Shown: positions 53,161 through 64,000 of the stretch, piece after piece
Position numbering within the stretch: the stretch's first letter is position 1
Layout: every line of letters begins with the position of its first letter
Source: Hormiphora californensis
Taxonomy: Eukaryota; Animalia; Ctenophora
Direction: 5' to 3'
Assembly: GCA_020137815.1 (NCBI GenBank)
Contig: CM035360.1
Span: 5,270,001-5,334,000, forward strand
Length of the DNA stretch: 64,000 nt
Program-made: the position numbers and the translations under genes
Notes under the pieces: model-generated
Database searches by the model: none
Told to the model about the DNA's origin: nothing
What the model saw: the letters and a program-made list of their open reading frames with translations, nothing else

Positions 53161-56100
53161 TCATTTTATCATCTCATTTTCACTCTCCTCCCCCATCTTC
53201 TTCATCTTCTTCCTCATCTTCTTCTTCTTCTTCGCTCGATGAAACATCTTGCAGCAGACTCTCATTGAAGCAGCTCTCAAAAGCGTAGTCGGAGCTTTGT
53301 TTACCGTGTTTAAAGTTTGTTACCTCCTGTCGCTGCAGATGCTCAATCTGAGAGGAAGAGAGAACTGTGAGAATTTATAAAAACAGGATCAGCAATCATC
53401 TTAGGGCGGATTCCACGTGTGGTATCTCCAAACAATATCCATATCAGGGTAATTAATTATTTCTAATATCTAAAATTGAGATTCTCAATTTTAACATCTC
53501 CCAACTCTGTCTTCAGCTTGTCAGAACACATATTAGATCACCATGCTGGCTACCTCACATACAGTGAGGTCATCCAGCAGTTAAAATTATCAGTCGTGAG
53601 ATGTGGAAACAGGCCAAATTATTCAACACGATTCAAGTCAAACCTCGGTAAACCGGACTTATATATTTTACCAGACCTAGATTTACCGGACCTCGATTTA
53701 CCGGAGTTCAGTAAATCGAGGTTTGACGAGGCATGCCTAGTACCTGAGTCAAGAACGCAGTTTCATCTTTCATATTGAGATCCTCGAATTCAGTGATCTC
53801 TACAAACATTCTCCTCGCATCAGGGAGACCTTTCAATCCTCGGGCATCAAAGTATCCGTGCATCGATTCGCAATCCCTGTGGCAAACTAGATCAGGTCGA
53901 AGAATAGAAGAGGATGCAAGAGGAATCTGAGCTCTGATATCTGGAGCTATACACGAAATCTATCAATAGTTTAGAACAATAATTGGATATTTCTAACAAT
54001 TCTCAACCCACCGATAGAGATAGGTTAGTGCTGCTGTGTGACTGGATAGGACACCTTGTCCCAGGTCTATGAAGTAGAGGGTACCGTTAAACCAAAGTAG
54101 ATTATACGCACTCAGATCTCCGTGTACTAGCTGACACTTCGTAAACATCGTCTGAAAAAACATTGTATCTTGTTATTCCAATGGGAGAGACAGGGTTGCC
54201 TTCCTTGACCCTCTATCTTACAAATGTAAAGGAGGGTTATAACACAACAAATGAGAGATACGGGACTGATTAATACTATGTAATTGGTATAAATAATAAA
54301 TATTATGATCAAATCAAATTGACCACCCTGTACCTTCATTCCACTCATCATTTGCTCGTAAGCTGATCTGAGTTGATCTCGTGAGAACACGGCCTCCTTC
54401 AGGGTCATGGCTGGCACACCCTTACTACCTAAACACACCATCAATTACAGAGGTAGGGAGTTCTAAAACTCTATAGCCCCTTTTGATAGAAAGCCGCCTT
54501 ATTATGTTACCTCTTGCCCAAGTGAAAGTGAAACTAATCCTTTGACAGACCCTATAATAACCAACCTATAAAACTAAGAAGAAGGAGTTGTTTTCGGTAC
54601 GCCACCACCTCAGGACATGGAACACCGTGTCTTCTTAGTCGGTTCAAATTGTGTACCTCTTTCATCGACCAAATCTGGGAAAGAGAGCGAGATCGGGAGT
54701 GGCAAATGACAGGGCTCAATGGTTCAAAATTCAAATAAAATTTAGCAAATTTCCAACCTCAATAAGTTTCTTCTTGTTGTTGCTGACGAGCTTTGTGTAC
54801 CGTCTGTCTATGTAGTCCTTCCGTCTACTGAACTCGTTTAGTGTCGTCTTGTGGACCTTTAACACACACTCATCCGGTACTGGTGTACTGGGAAACTGGT
54901 GTGCTGGCAAACTGTAAAGGAGAATAATTGTTACTACTAAATCATTCCCGTCCAAAGTACGGAAAATTGCTTTTAAATAATAATACCACAGGGAATGATA
55001 CAAATCAAAACAGCGAACTGTTGTCATGGTTACCACTGACCTGCCGCCATTGCAGTGAATGATAACACTCTCCTTGCCACTGCTAACGACCCCGTTAACC
55101 TGCGCTATAATACCACTGTTAACCATCTTAAGGATAACAACCCTCGTCTTTCTATCCAGAACTTTCTCCTGCAAGGGGGAGGATAACAGATGTTAACAGA
55201 TGATAATAACTGTGACTTTTATGTACGAGATATAATACGAGAATATACGAGAATATACAGTTAACAGTACATATACGAGAGAGAATATTCCAGAACTTTT
55301 CTAGTTGGTTACATACATGTGTGGAGATATCCCGTCGATCTTTCACCCTGATTCCATTGAATTTGGATTTGTGAGCTTCTACCTGTAGTTCATTGTAAAC
55401 CCTGAAGAAAATGGAAATAATTTTTTCCCGCCGTTGTGGCGCTCGGAGAGAGAGGGTTGAACAAGACAACCACGGCCCCAGTTTTATCCTTACCTATGAG
55501 GGACACTCAGACCATTAAAATCTCCTGTTTTAAATTCAGGGTGGAATTTATCTGAGATTCGGTTCTGATTCTTTACACAGTTGGCCTCTTTGTCGTGCTT
55601 TGTTCTTGAACTATCGACAGCTGATGAGGCGCCCTCTGCAGAAAAAGTGTGGTTACAAAAAGCACTCATTTCATGTTGCTCTAGCCAGAAAAAAAATCAC
55701 AAAAACAACTATACCAGTTCATGTGGTATATAACAAACTAACTGCGCCCCTAGGGACTCCAGAACCAAACAACTAACGTCTAACTAACTAACTAACTGTG
55801 AGGCCTCTGAAATTACCAAAGAACTTCTGTTCCTCATCCTCACTAATCTCCTTACTGGGAGAACTGTGATACTCTTTGTACACCTCAGAATATGAAGACA
55901 TGGACACCTTACAGTTCCCATTCCTATGTTTCTCCTCTGCAATGTGACCGCTATCAACCTCATGTTGTAACATCGCAGCCAAGAGAGCATCATTTGTGGT
56001 GTCGTCTCCACTGTTCAGGGATTCGTGTAGTGCACGAGCCAGCTCCTCATCCCCGTCCATTGTGACACTGTTCAGCTTCTGGTGGAGCGTTGCAGCCAGC

Positions 56101-56301
56101 TTGGAGTCTTGGTTCTCACCTGTTATCGAAGAGAAAATATATGTTTAGTCTGCACTTCAGCAGAATTTTCTTCAGTATGTTAAAATGGTGAAGATTATTG
56201 GCAAACTTTATAGTTCTGTCATTCATACCTTCTTCTCGGACGATGTCATTAAAACTGGCTGCCGGTGCTGCTTCGGTGCAACCCCAGGGGTTAGAAGCCA
56301 T
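53161..56301 (-). CDS. RIOK3: RIO kinase 3, multi-exon
   Basis: MASNPWG..SFNDI; DALLAAMLQHE..NGNCKVS; TKHDKE; EKVLDRKTR..GVVSSGKESVIIH; KVHKTTLNEF; VHGDLSAYNLL; YFIDLGQ; acidic tail, stop 53161. Confidence 0.92.
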
Positions 56302-56614
56302 AACTAAAAACTTATTTTAACCATTTAAGAAGAATAAGAAAAGGGTAAATTATATTTCTAACAACTGAAAAGGATGCACTTTTGACTTTTCAGCTCTTGG
56401 TTTAAGAAGCTAAAGATTTTTTTGGCAAATTTTGAAAATTAAAAACTTTTTTTAAAGTTCAAAAATTTTTTTGGCATACGTTGCAGGCCCCTTATAATAT
56501 AATATAAGGGGGTGCGGGCATGAGGGGGCTGCAGCGCATTCCAAAAAATTTTTGAAAAAAATTTTTGAAAAAATTTTTGAAAAAATTTTTGAAATTTTTG
56601 AAATATAAAAATGC

Positions 56615-56665
56615 GCCGCGCACGTGAACTCCAGAATACAATGCGCGGCACATCAAAGCAACGCA
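56615..56665 (-). promoter_or_regulatory. Candidate operon-head promoter motif (copy upstream of RIOK3)
   Basis: + strand GCCGCGC-N20-TGCGCGGCACATCAAAGCAACGCA. Confidence 0.45.
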
Positions 56666-56808
56666 ATCTGAAATAATTTGCTGCTGCTCAAAAGTCAAAA
56701 CAAAATGATATTAATAAATTTATAATTAGCAGGCATCGATTTAGTATTATCATTTGGTATGTAATTAGTTACCAAATAATTAAAATCGTACAGTAATACT
56801 GCAACTAT

Positions 56809-57227
56809 CTCTCTGTCTCTGTCTCTGTCTCTGTCTCTGTCTCTGTCTCTGTCTCTGTCTCTGTCTCTGTCTCTGTCTCTGTCTCTGTCTCTGTCTCTGT
56901 CTCTGTCTCTGTCTCTGTCTCTGTCTCCGTCTCTGTCTCTGTCTCTGTCTCTGTCTCTGTCTCTGTCTCTGACTCTGTCTCTGTCTCTGTCTCTGTCTCT
57001 GTCTCTGTCTCTGTCTCTGTCTCTGTCTCTGTCTCTGTCTCTGTCTCTGTCTCTGTCTCTGTCTCTGTCTCTGTCTCTGTCTCTGTCTCTGTCTCTGTCT
57101 CTGTCTCTGTCTCTGTCTCTGTCTCTGTCTCTGTCTCTGTCTCTGTCTCTGTCTCTGTCTCTGTCTCTGTCTCTGTCTCTGTCTCTGTCTCTGTCTCTGT
57201 CTCTGTCTCTGTCTCTGTCTCTGTCTC
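56809..57227. repeat. (TCTCTG)n microsatellite
   Basis: Direct reading. Confidence 0.95.
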
Positions 57228-57508
57228 GGCAAGTGTGTAACTTAGAAATACACTCTAGCATAGAGAGTAGAGACGGAGAATTTGGCGACAGGGAGTCTGC
57301 AGCAGAAGTAAGATTAAGAACAGGAGTTCGCTTGTGGGTGTGTCACGCGTGTCTAGTGTCTACAGTGTAGGTACAGCTGTGGGTGTGTAGGTACTCTACT
57401 GCGCCCTACACAAGTAAAGGGACATTTTAAGAGGTTGCCATTGGTTTTGTCGCATGTGTCCGTGTGTTATCTTTTTTGCAATTTTGTTTTGAGGGAAATA
57501 CTGATTTG

Positions 57509-58050
57509 AGGCAAATACGTCGCGGCGGACGTAGTATAGACGTAGTAGCGACGTATTATAGACGTATTATAGACGTATTATAGGCGTATTACCGACAGAC
57601 GTATTATCGACAGACGTAAATTGGTCGATAGTGCGTCTCGGGCAATAAGGTTTTTATTGAGACGTAACGTCTATAGTACGTCTGATCCGTCTTTAATACG
57701 TCTTTACTACGTCTATAGTACGTCTATAGTACGTCTGATCCGTCTTTAATACGTCTTTACTACGTCTGTCGATAATACGTCTGTCGGTAATACGCCTATA
57801 ATACTTCTTGGTTTCATTGTTCACACCAATGGTGTTGATAATGGCCGTACAGCCGAAACGTCTAAATGAGCGTCTTCGATGTCATGTCACACCCGCCAAG
57901 TGCCAACACCATTGGTGTGAACAATGAAACCAAGAGATACTACCCCACCAGCCTCCACCATCTCCAAAAACGCCTATAATACGTTTATAATATGTCTATA
58001 ATACGTCGCTACTACGCCTATACTACGTCACCCGCAAATCGGTATTTGCC
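57509..58050. mobile_element. MITE with (agacgta)-type subterminal repeats
   Basis: aggcaaatac ... gtatttgcct termini; inverted arrays of agacgtattat / tacgtct. Confidence 0.65.
57805..57969 (+). mobile_element. 165-bp Penelope-type mini-insertion with hammerhead-like remnant
   Basis: 13-bp TSD acgcctataatac (57792, 57970); 32-bp inverted segment; TTGATAA-T-GGC cgtaca GCC-GAAA-CGTC. Confidence 0.65.
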
Positions 58051-58768
58051 TAGTTTTGAAAGTTTGATTGAGTTGAAAAACTTTAAAGTTAATGTCATTG
58101 CTTGCAACGCAAATGTTACTGTTACCCTGTTTATTTTTACTCTGTCACTCTAACATATACTTTGTATTTATTTGATATTTAGATTCGCTTTGCTGTTATA
58201 ATAGCTGATCTATCGTATATCATCTTGATCATGATTGACATTTCAAGACTTTAAATGTGGCGCTGACAGCCTAGTCCAGACTTAGAAGACAGTTTATCAG
58301 GTCTAAGTTGACAGGCTAGCACGATGTGTAGTGAGCTAATAGTAATAAAGTATATTAAAAATTAGCTTTCTAAATATTCTGTTCTTCAGTGATCATTTTT
58401 TGTTCGACAATCCTTCCGACCGGGGTGCGGTGAAACAGGGTCGAGCAAGGCGATCCTTTTTTGCTCGACCCTCTCTCACCTGCACCGCGTTACATGAGGA
58501 AGGTTAGAATAAAACAAGAACATTCATACTTATGTGATATTCAAAATGATACGCGATTAGGGGGGAAATCACCCCGAATGGCTCTTCTTCCCACCAAATC
58601 TCAATATATGGTTACATAACAATGGTAATTAGCAATTAGACTGCTGTAATTTAGAGATTACCATGAGGCTCTACCCCTAGTGGGGTGACGTAAAGTATGG
58701 TTCATTCAGAGAAAGAGAAAGAAGGTGTTGGTTTTTGTTCACGATATCACTTGGAGTCGGACGAGAGG

Positions 58769-58803
<35 letters not shown>

Positions 58804-58817
58804 TATATATGTATATC

Positions 58818-58888
58818 GGGGGAAAAAATCCTGTCCCTAAATCGGGGTGCCACTAAATCGGGGGCCCCTAAATCGGGGTCCGACTGTA
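58818..58888 (-). mobile_element. Tc1/mariner-like MITE end
   Basis: Minus strand TA|CAGTCGGACCCCGATTTAG with repeated ccccgatttag units. Confidence 0.6.
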
Positions 58889-58899
58889 CATATATTATA

Positions 58900-59191
58900 C
58901 TAGTAAGCCCGTTCGCCCTTCGGGCGAATTTCAATTATGTAAGACAATTGAAACCACTAATTATTTATTTTAAAAGATCTTTTATTATTAGAGGAGAAAT
59001 TTTGCCACGTTACGATATGATTTGATTTGAAAAAGGATAAAAATCGATATACCGTATATAAAGACAATATCCCGGTTGGCTCCTATTGACGGAGTGTCAA
59101 TATAGACGGAGCGCTTACACCTCAAAAACTATAAAAATTCACACACAGACAGTTCTCGCACACTACGGACAAACAGACTAATATAGTATAC
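58900..59191 (-). mobile_element. Non-autonomous Helitron-like element
   Basis: 3' hairpin ttcgccc gaa gggcgaa plus CTAG|T; 5' tatactatattagtctgtttgtcc. Confidence 0.6.
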
Positions 59192-59548
59192 TTTTAATAG
59201 CTAAATAAAAATAGAAATAGCTATAAGGCTATTCACACTAGACTAGTTGGTTAATTTTAATTCACTCATTAATGATAAAAATAATTACTTACCCTTGCCC
59301 ATGTTTCCTAGTCCCCCACCCCTCCCCCATGATCCCCATCCAAAATTTAGTATACCGTCGGCTGTTGGTAGAGATTTATATCAGATAGAATTCATATCTG
59401 TGGTGGGGGCGCCCGTCCTGTTTCAAACTGTTCAACACCACTCCAAACCTCATATTTGAGTACAATGTAAAGAATGAGCTATGTAAGGAGGTGGGACAGA
59501 TACTGCAGAAATAAAGGAAGAGAAAGGGACCCCCACCACAGAGGTGAA

Positions 59549-60320
59549 TTAAGTTGTGTCATGTAAGGCGTTCCAGAGATGGTCTTTCAGTTTGGAGGAA
59601 AATAAATTGTGTTCGGTTGTATTTCTCAGTTCTTGAGGCAGTAAATTCCACTCAAGGTGGCAGCGGTAGAAGTAACAGTTTTTGAACAGGTCCACTCTGG
59701 GTTGTTCAATGCATATAATGTTCGTTCTGTCTCGTTTCGTTTGTTGTCTGGTGGTGCGTCTGAAATGTGATTCCGGATCGTATTTTTCTAGGAAAGATGG
59801 AATTTTTATAGGAGATGTTTCATAGAATATTTTATGGTTATATTGAAATTTTTGAGTCATTGGGAGTACGTCAATCTCCCTGAGTTTCTTTACATACGTT
59901 TCTAAATTATAACTAGTGTCTGTTTCACCGAATATCCATTTTGTGGCACGTTTCTGCAAACTTTAAAACTTAAGCAGACTTGAATAACTTACTGGTCGCC
60001 ATATTTGGCTACAGTGTTCGAACAGGGATCTAACTAGACTAATGTAGAGGTTCTTCTTCTTTAGGGGGCATTTAACTAATATTCCTACACGCTTCACCAG
60101 TCCTAATCTTTGAGAAGCTTTGGAAACAACAGTTTTCTGGTGTTCTATTGGCGATAATTTGTGGTTAGTTGAGACTCCTAGATCAATCTCTTTTTCACAT
60201 GAGCGATAATTTAATTGATGTCGATTAATGTTTTGAGTACATCTAAGCAGCTTGCACTTGTTGGGATGGAATATCATTTTATTATCGTTGCACTAAACTA
60301 TCGATGTCGGGCTGCAAACT
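59549..60320 (-). pseudogene. Decayed CR1/L2-type LINE RT 3' fragment
   Basis: LYADDLKI, MIFHPNKCK, EIDLGV, LYISLVRSLFEHCSQIWRP, QKRATKWI, EWNLLP; frameshifts and stops. Confidence 0.85.
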
Positions 60321-60522
60321 ATCTTCTTCACTATTTATAACACGCCATATTTTAAGATCATCTGCATATAGCCTAATTTTAGTTAGATCATCATCTCCGA
60401 GTCATAACAAAAAATTGAGTCATAACAAAAAATTGCTTTAACAATTATATTTGTGATGACTCACTCACTCGGATCAGCTGTTTTCTCACGTTTAAGTTTT
60501 AAGCCACAATATAATTATTTAA

Positions 60523-61404
60523 CCCTTTGGGGACGATAAGCCCCCTGTCGACAGAATTCTCTAAAACTTTCTGGAGACACTCACTTTGAACCTACTTGAA
60601 CGCAGGAAAAGGAATTTTGGTTCTACCACCTGTATTTCTATTGGGTCACCTGTGACCCAATCGTCCCCTAACGCTAAAATAGGAATTGAGATTTTGCCGC
60701 TATTTTGCCCGATAACTCGAAAACCGCTCATTTTAGACCCTATGTTTGTTCATAACACTTATATAAACCCGGCCATTCTACACAGTTTGTACACCATATG
60801 GGCCTCTCTATCTCATCTGTAGCCGATTATAGAATTTCAAAATTGGCCAAGATGAAAAATTTTCTGAAGGAGCACGGATCTCAAAAATTTTTTCATCGAC
60901 TCCCTAAGATGTTGAGATAACAATGATGGAGTCGGTTAGTCGCTAGCATCTGTTTAAAAAATGCCGTTTTAGACTTTTATCGGGGGCCATTCCTTTAGAA
61001 ATGCTCGTAAAATGCAAATTCCTGTTTTAGCGTTAGGGGACGATTGGGTCACAGGTGACCCAGCACTTTGAAGGCCTCTGAGAGGCACAAAATTTGGAAT
61101 ATCACCCTGAAACTTTACCCCGGGGTAAAATACACACTTTTCTTGCATTTTCCAAGTCCATTTTAAGTATACTCGTACCAATTTTGAGATATGGCCATTA
61201 AACTACCCATTTTGCCTACCAAATGCACTGTTTTAGCCCTGTTTTCCGAAGTCGACAACTTCAGAGGCTCAAAACGACCTCAAAATGCTAGAAAAATTTA
61301 TGGTTCAACCCTGGAAACGATTTAAAACTTTCAAATATGGTCTAGAAAGACGCTATATGGGTTCAAAGTTGTGGGTCACCTGTGACCCAATCGTCTCCAA
61401 AGGG
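60523..61404. mobile_element. piggyBac-like MITE
   Basis: TTAA|CCCTTTGGGGACGAT ... ATCGTCTCCAAAGGG|TTAA; internal repeats tgggtcacctgtgacccaatcgtc. Confidence 0.85.
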
Positions 61405-61837
61405 TTAAACAATACCAGGCGATATGTTATGATACTTCTTGATACCATTGCCACCTATTCTCACTTCGTAAGTGAAATCGATTTCAGTCAAGCGCGACAT
61501 CGATCTCACTCAGGTATCAATGTGACCAATAACACCAATAATACGTCAAGGTGTGATGGCATAGTTATATGCTGCGCACAGAAGACTAGCTAGCAAATTT
61601 GAGCGTGCCGAGAGTGCAAATGATGGAGTTTTGCCATTTTTTTCATTGTGTGATTCACAAGGCCTTCACTTACAGCTCAGTGAAAATCCGTTGGAAAACG
61701 GTTGATCACAAGCTTCGCAACAAAACCTTGAAGAACTTCATTTTGTTGGAAACTCCATATTTGGCAGGTACGAGTATTTTACTCTGTCGCTCAAAAATGC
61801 GATATAAATTGAAAAAAAATCGTCAAATGAATTCTAG

Positions 61838-62109
61838 GCAAGCTGCAGCACGGCTGAAAGAGTCAGAGACTTTCCGAGCAGTGTTCATTGCCCCTGATAG
61901 GACTTGAGTAGAGAGGAGAACATTAGCTGCTAAGTTGAGAGAGAGAGAAGAGAAGCTGAGCCAGAGAAAGTGTGGTCTGTTAGACGCGGGTCAGTTATGG
62001 AAAGTTTCTCAGCTCTGACCTCTCACACATCAGAATCACTCTCAGTTTTATCAGTTTCAAACTGATAAAACTGAGAGTGATTCTGATGTGTGAGAGGTCA
62101 GAGCTGAGA
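61838..62109 (+). pseudogene. LINE ORF1 C-terminal remnant followed by a 103-bp perfect hairpin (62007-62109)
   Basis: AAARLKESETFRAVFIAPDRT*.ERR resembles a CR1/L2 ORF1 tail; palindrome with 1-nt loop at 62058. Confidence 0.55.
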
Positions 62110-62195
62110 GAGTGGCACTTGGTCTCATTGTGCCACTCTAAACCCTCACCCAGTTTGGTCCGTGTGGTTCAGTACTTTCATGATAGTATAATATA

Positions 62196-62254
62196 CTAGA
62201 AAGCCCGTTGGTTGGACCCCGTTGATGTCTCTCTCTCCCTCTCTCTCTCTCTTC

Positions 62255-62298
<44 letters not shown>

Positions 62299-62705
62299 AC
62301 TCTCTCACTTCATCTCTCATCATATCCGTGTCGGGCTGAAGAATATGGAGGTTGGTAGAGTGGCAGGGATGGTGATGCTAGAAAGCCCGTTGGTTGGACC
62401 CCGTTGATTGAACTCCTATCTATCTTTCTCTATCTCTATTTTTCTCCATGTATCTCTCTATCTCTATCTCTATCTATCTCTATCTCTCTCTGTCCCTCTA
62501 TCTCTCTTTCCCTCTATCTCTCTCGCTCTATCTAGCTCGCTGTCCCTCTATCTCTTTCGCTCCATCTCTCTCAGCTCTCTCTCTGTCTCTCTCTAGCTCT
62601 CTATCTCTCTTTGTCTCTATCTCTATCTCTCTCACTCACTCTCTCACTCCATCATGTCGGGCAGAAGAAGATGGAGGTTGGTAGAGTGGTAGGGATGGTG
62701 ATGAA
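62196..62705 (-). repeat. Two tandem CT-microsatellite-bearing units with CTAG ends (Helitron-like)
   Basis: ctagaaagcccgttggttggaccccgttgat..(CT)n..tgtcgggc..ggaggttggtagagtgg, twice. Confidence 0.5.
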
Positions 62706-64000
62706 TATCAAGGGTCATCGTTAGATGGCTGCTTGAAATGTGTCGATTTAGGTGATAAACATCCGTAGAATTGTAGCCCTGTAGAGTAATGAACGGGTGT
62801 ACGTAGGTAGAAAAGCGTTGGCAATGATGGGGGCCCCATCACCACCATGTGTTAGCTCGATTTTCAAAAACATGCTAGAGACATGCGGTTTTCACTAAAG
62901 TTTTAGTTAGCCATCAAGGAGTATCCAGATAACTTTTTGTGAAAATCCCTGCTGTTCTCTCTCACTTTAATTATTCAATTATCTCTCGAAGTTGACAAGA
63001 TAGCGACTTCTGGCTGGTCCCAATAGATTCTGCTGCTCATTCTACACATTTTAGTGCCCTCATTTTCGTCTATACTCCAATCCAAAGTAAAGTTGCTATT
63101 TTTCGCCAAGGCTGAAAATACAGGCAAAAAGTGCGTGGTCATTTTGGACACTTTCTTCACCTCGGTTGGAGTGGAATTTTTTTTTGGTGTTTCTGGGACC
63201 CCATAGGAGTACAATGCAAGTGGAAAACCTTTGTTATGTCTCAGTTTGTTTTTTGGTCCCAAAATGACTATGACTTTTTGGCTTGGTCGCGTAGCGACCA
63301 ACCCCGTAGGGGTGAGGGGATCGCCCTACGGGCGCGCGAACATGAGGGGCGCGACGTGCCCAACTTTTTGGCCTAAAATCCGAAAAATTTTCTAGGCCTC
63401 AGCGGTCGCTTCACCCAATCTATACAAATTTGCAATAGAAAACTCGATATATGTCATATCACGTGACCAAAAATTTTTTGCCATGCCACTTTCAAAACGT
63501 CCCCTACATGCCTGGTTATTTCATTATCAAAATATAAACCGTGGGACTCAAAATCTCGATCTGTCTATTGAACGTGACCGGTGACCTTGCTGCTCTAATT
63601 AAATTGAACGTGAGCATCACGAACCATCTATTTCGTATTTGTTTATTAATTTGAAGTTGTCCTGGAAATATAGATGACACGGTGAGAAGGGTATATTTCA
63701 AGTCTAGACCGGGCTGCCGCCAGACAGATGTGTTTGAAACAGGCGGTGTTGTATTGTGTTTAACACTTGCAGGTTGTGTTTCAAAACAAAACAAGTTAGC
63801 ATATTAATAGCAGATTATTAATAGCAGCTTATTACCAGATTAACACGGCCGATTAATGATCTACTCCTCCTTCGAGTCCCGCCCTTGCCATTCGATCTCG
63901 TTTGTTTTCATATGTTTCACGTGGATTTGAAACGAGTTCACGCCCGGAAAGTTGAGCGATCACTATCCGATGATACATTTGTTCCATCTTCTCAGTGCTT

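Noticed and set aside
56695-57261. ORFs of RD/RQ repeats (also RE/SL ORFs at 19504-19873, 24418-25008, 46894-47283)
   Set aside because: Translations of (TCTCTG)n and (GA)n microsatellites
57530-57790. CRISPR-like repeats
   Set aside because: Short degenerate subterminal repeats without unique spacers; eukaryotic context and no cas genes
62760-64000. Possible gene or transposon at right edge
   Set aside because: No recognisable protein motif or confirmed termini by eye

Overview
Gene-dense, intron-rich animal DNA. It is probably a ctenophore or a similar trans-splicing invertebrate; this is inferred from gene architecture only. Eight genes lie head-to-tail on the minus strand: RIOK3 > IMMP2L > ELP2 > TAF7 > PLAA, then ADH5 > Tudor-A > Tudor-B. 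Stop-to-start gaps inside each group are about 210-460 bp. Every start codon sits just behind an unpaired 3' splice site, which looks like two SL-trans-spliced operons, and a shared 24-bp GC-rich motif sits at the head of each. Plus-strand genes are nested in host introns and were amplified by intragenic tandem duplication. PLAA contains two copies of a secreted sushi protein plus a bacterial-family BCCT transporter, and two PLAA exons were duplicated with them. TAF7 contains two BTB-protein genes. Mobile DNA includes an intact Penelope retroelement with two minimal hammerhead ribozymes inside a Kolobok-type foldback MITE, a palindromic Chapaev/Transib-like element, CRE and L2/CR1 fragments, Helitron ends, and piggyBac-, Academ- and Tc1-like MITEs. 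All calls come from reading the sequence by eye; no searches were run.
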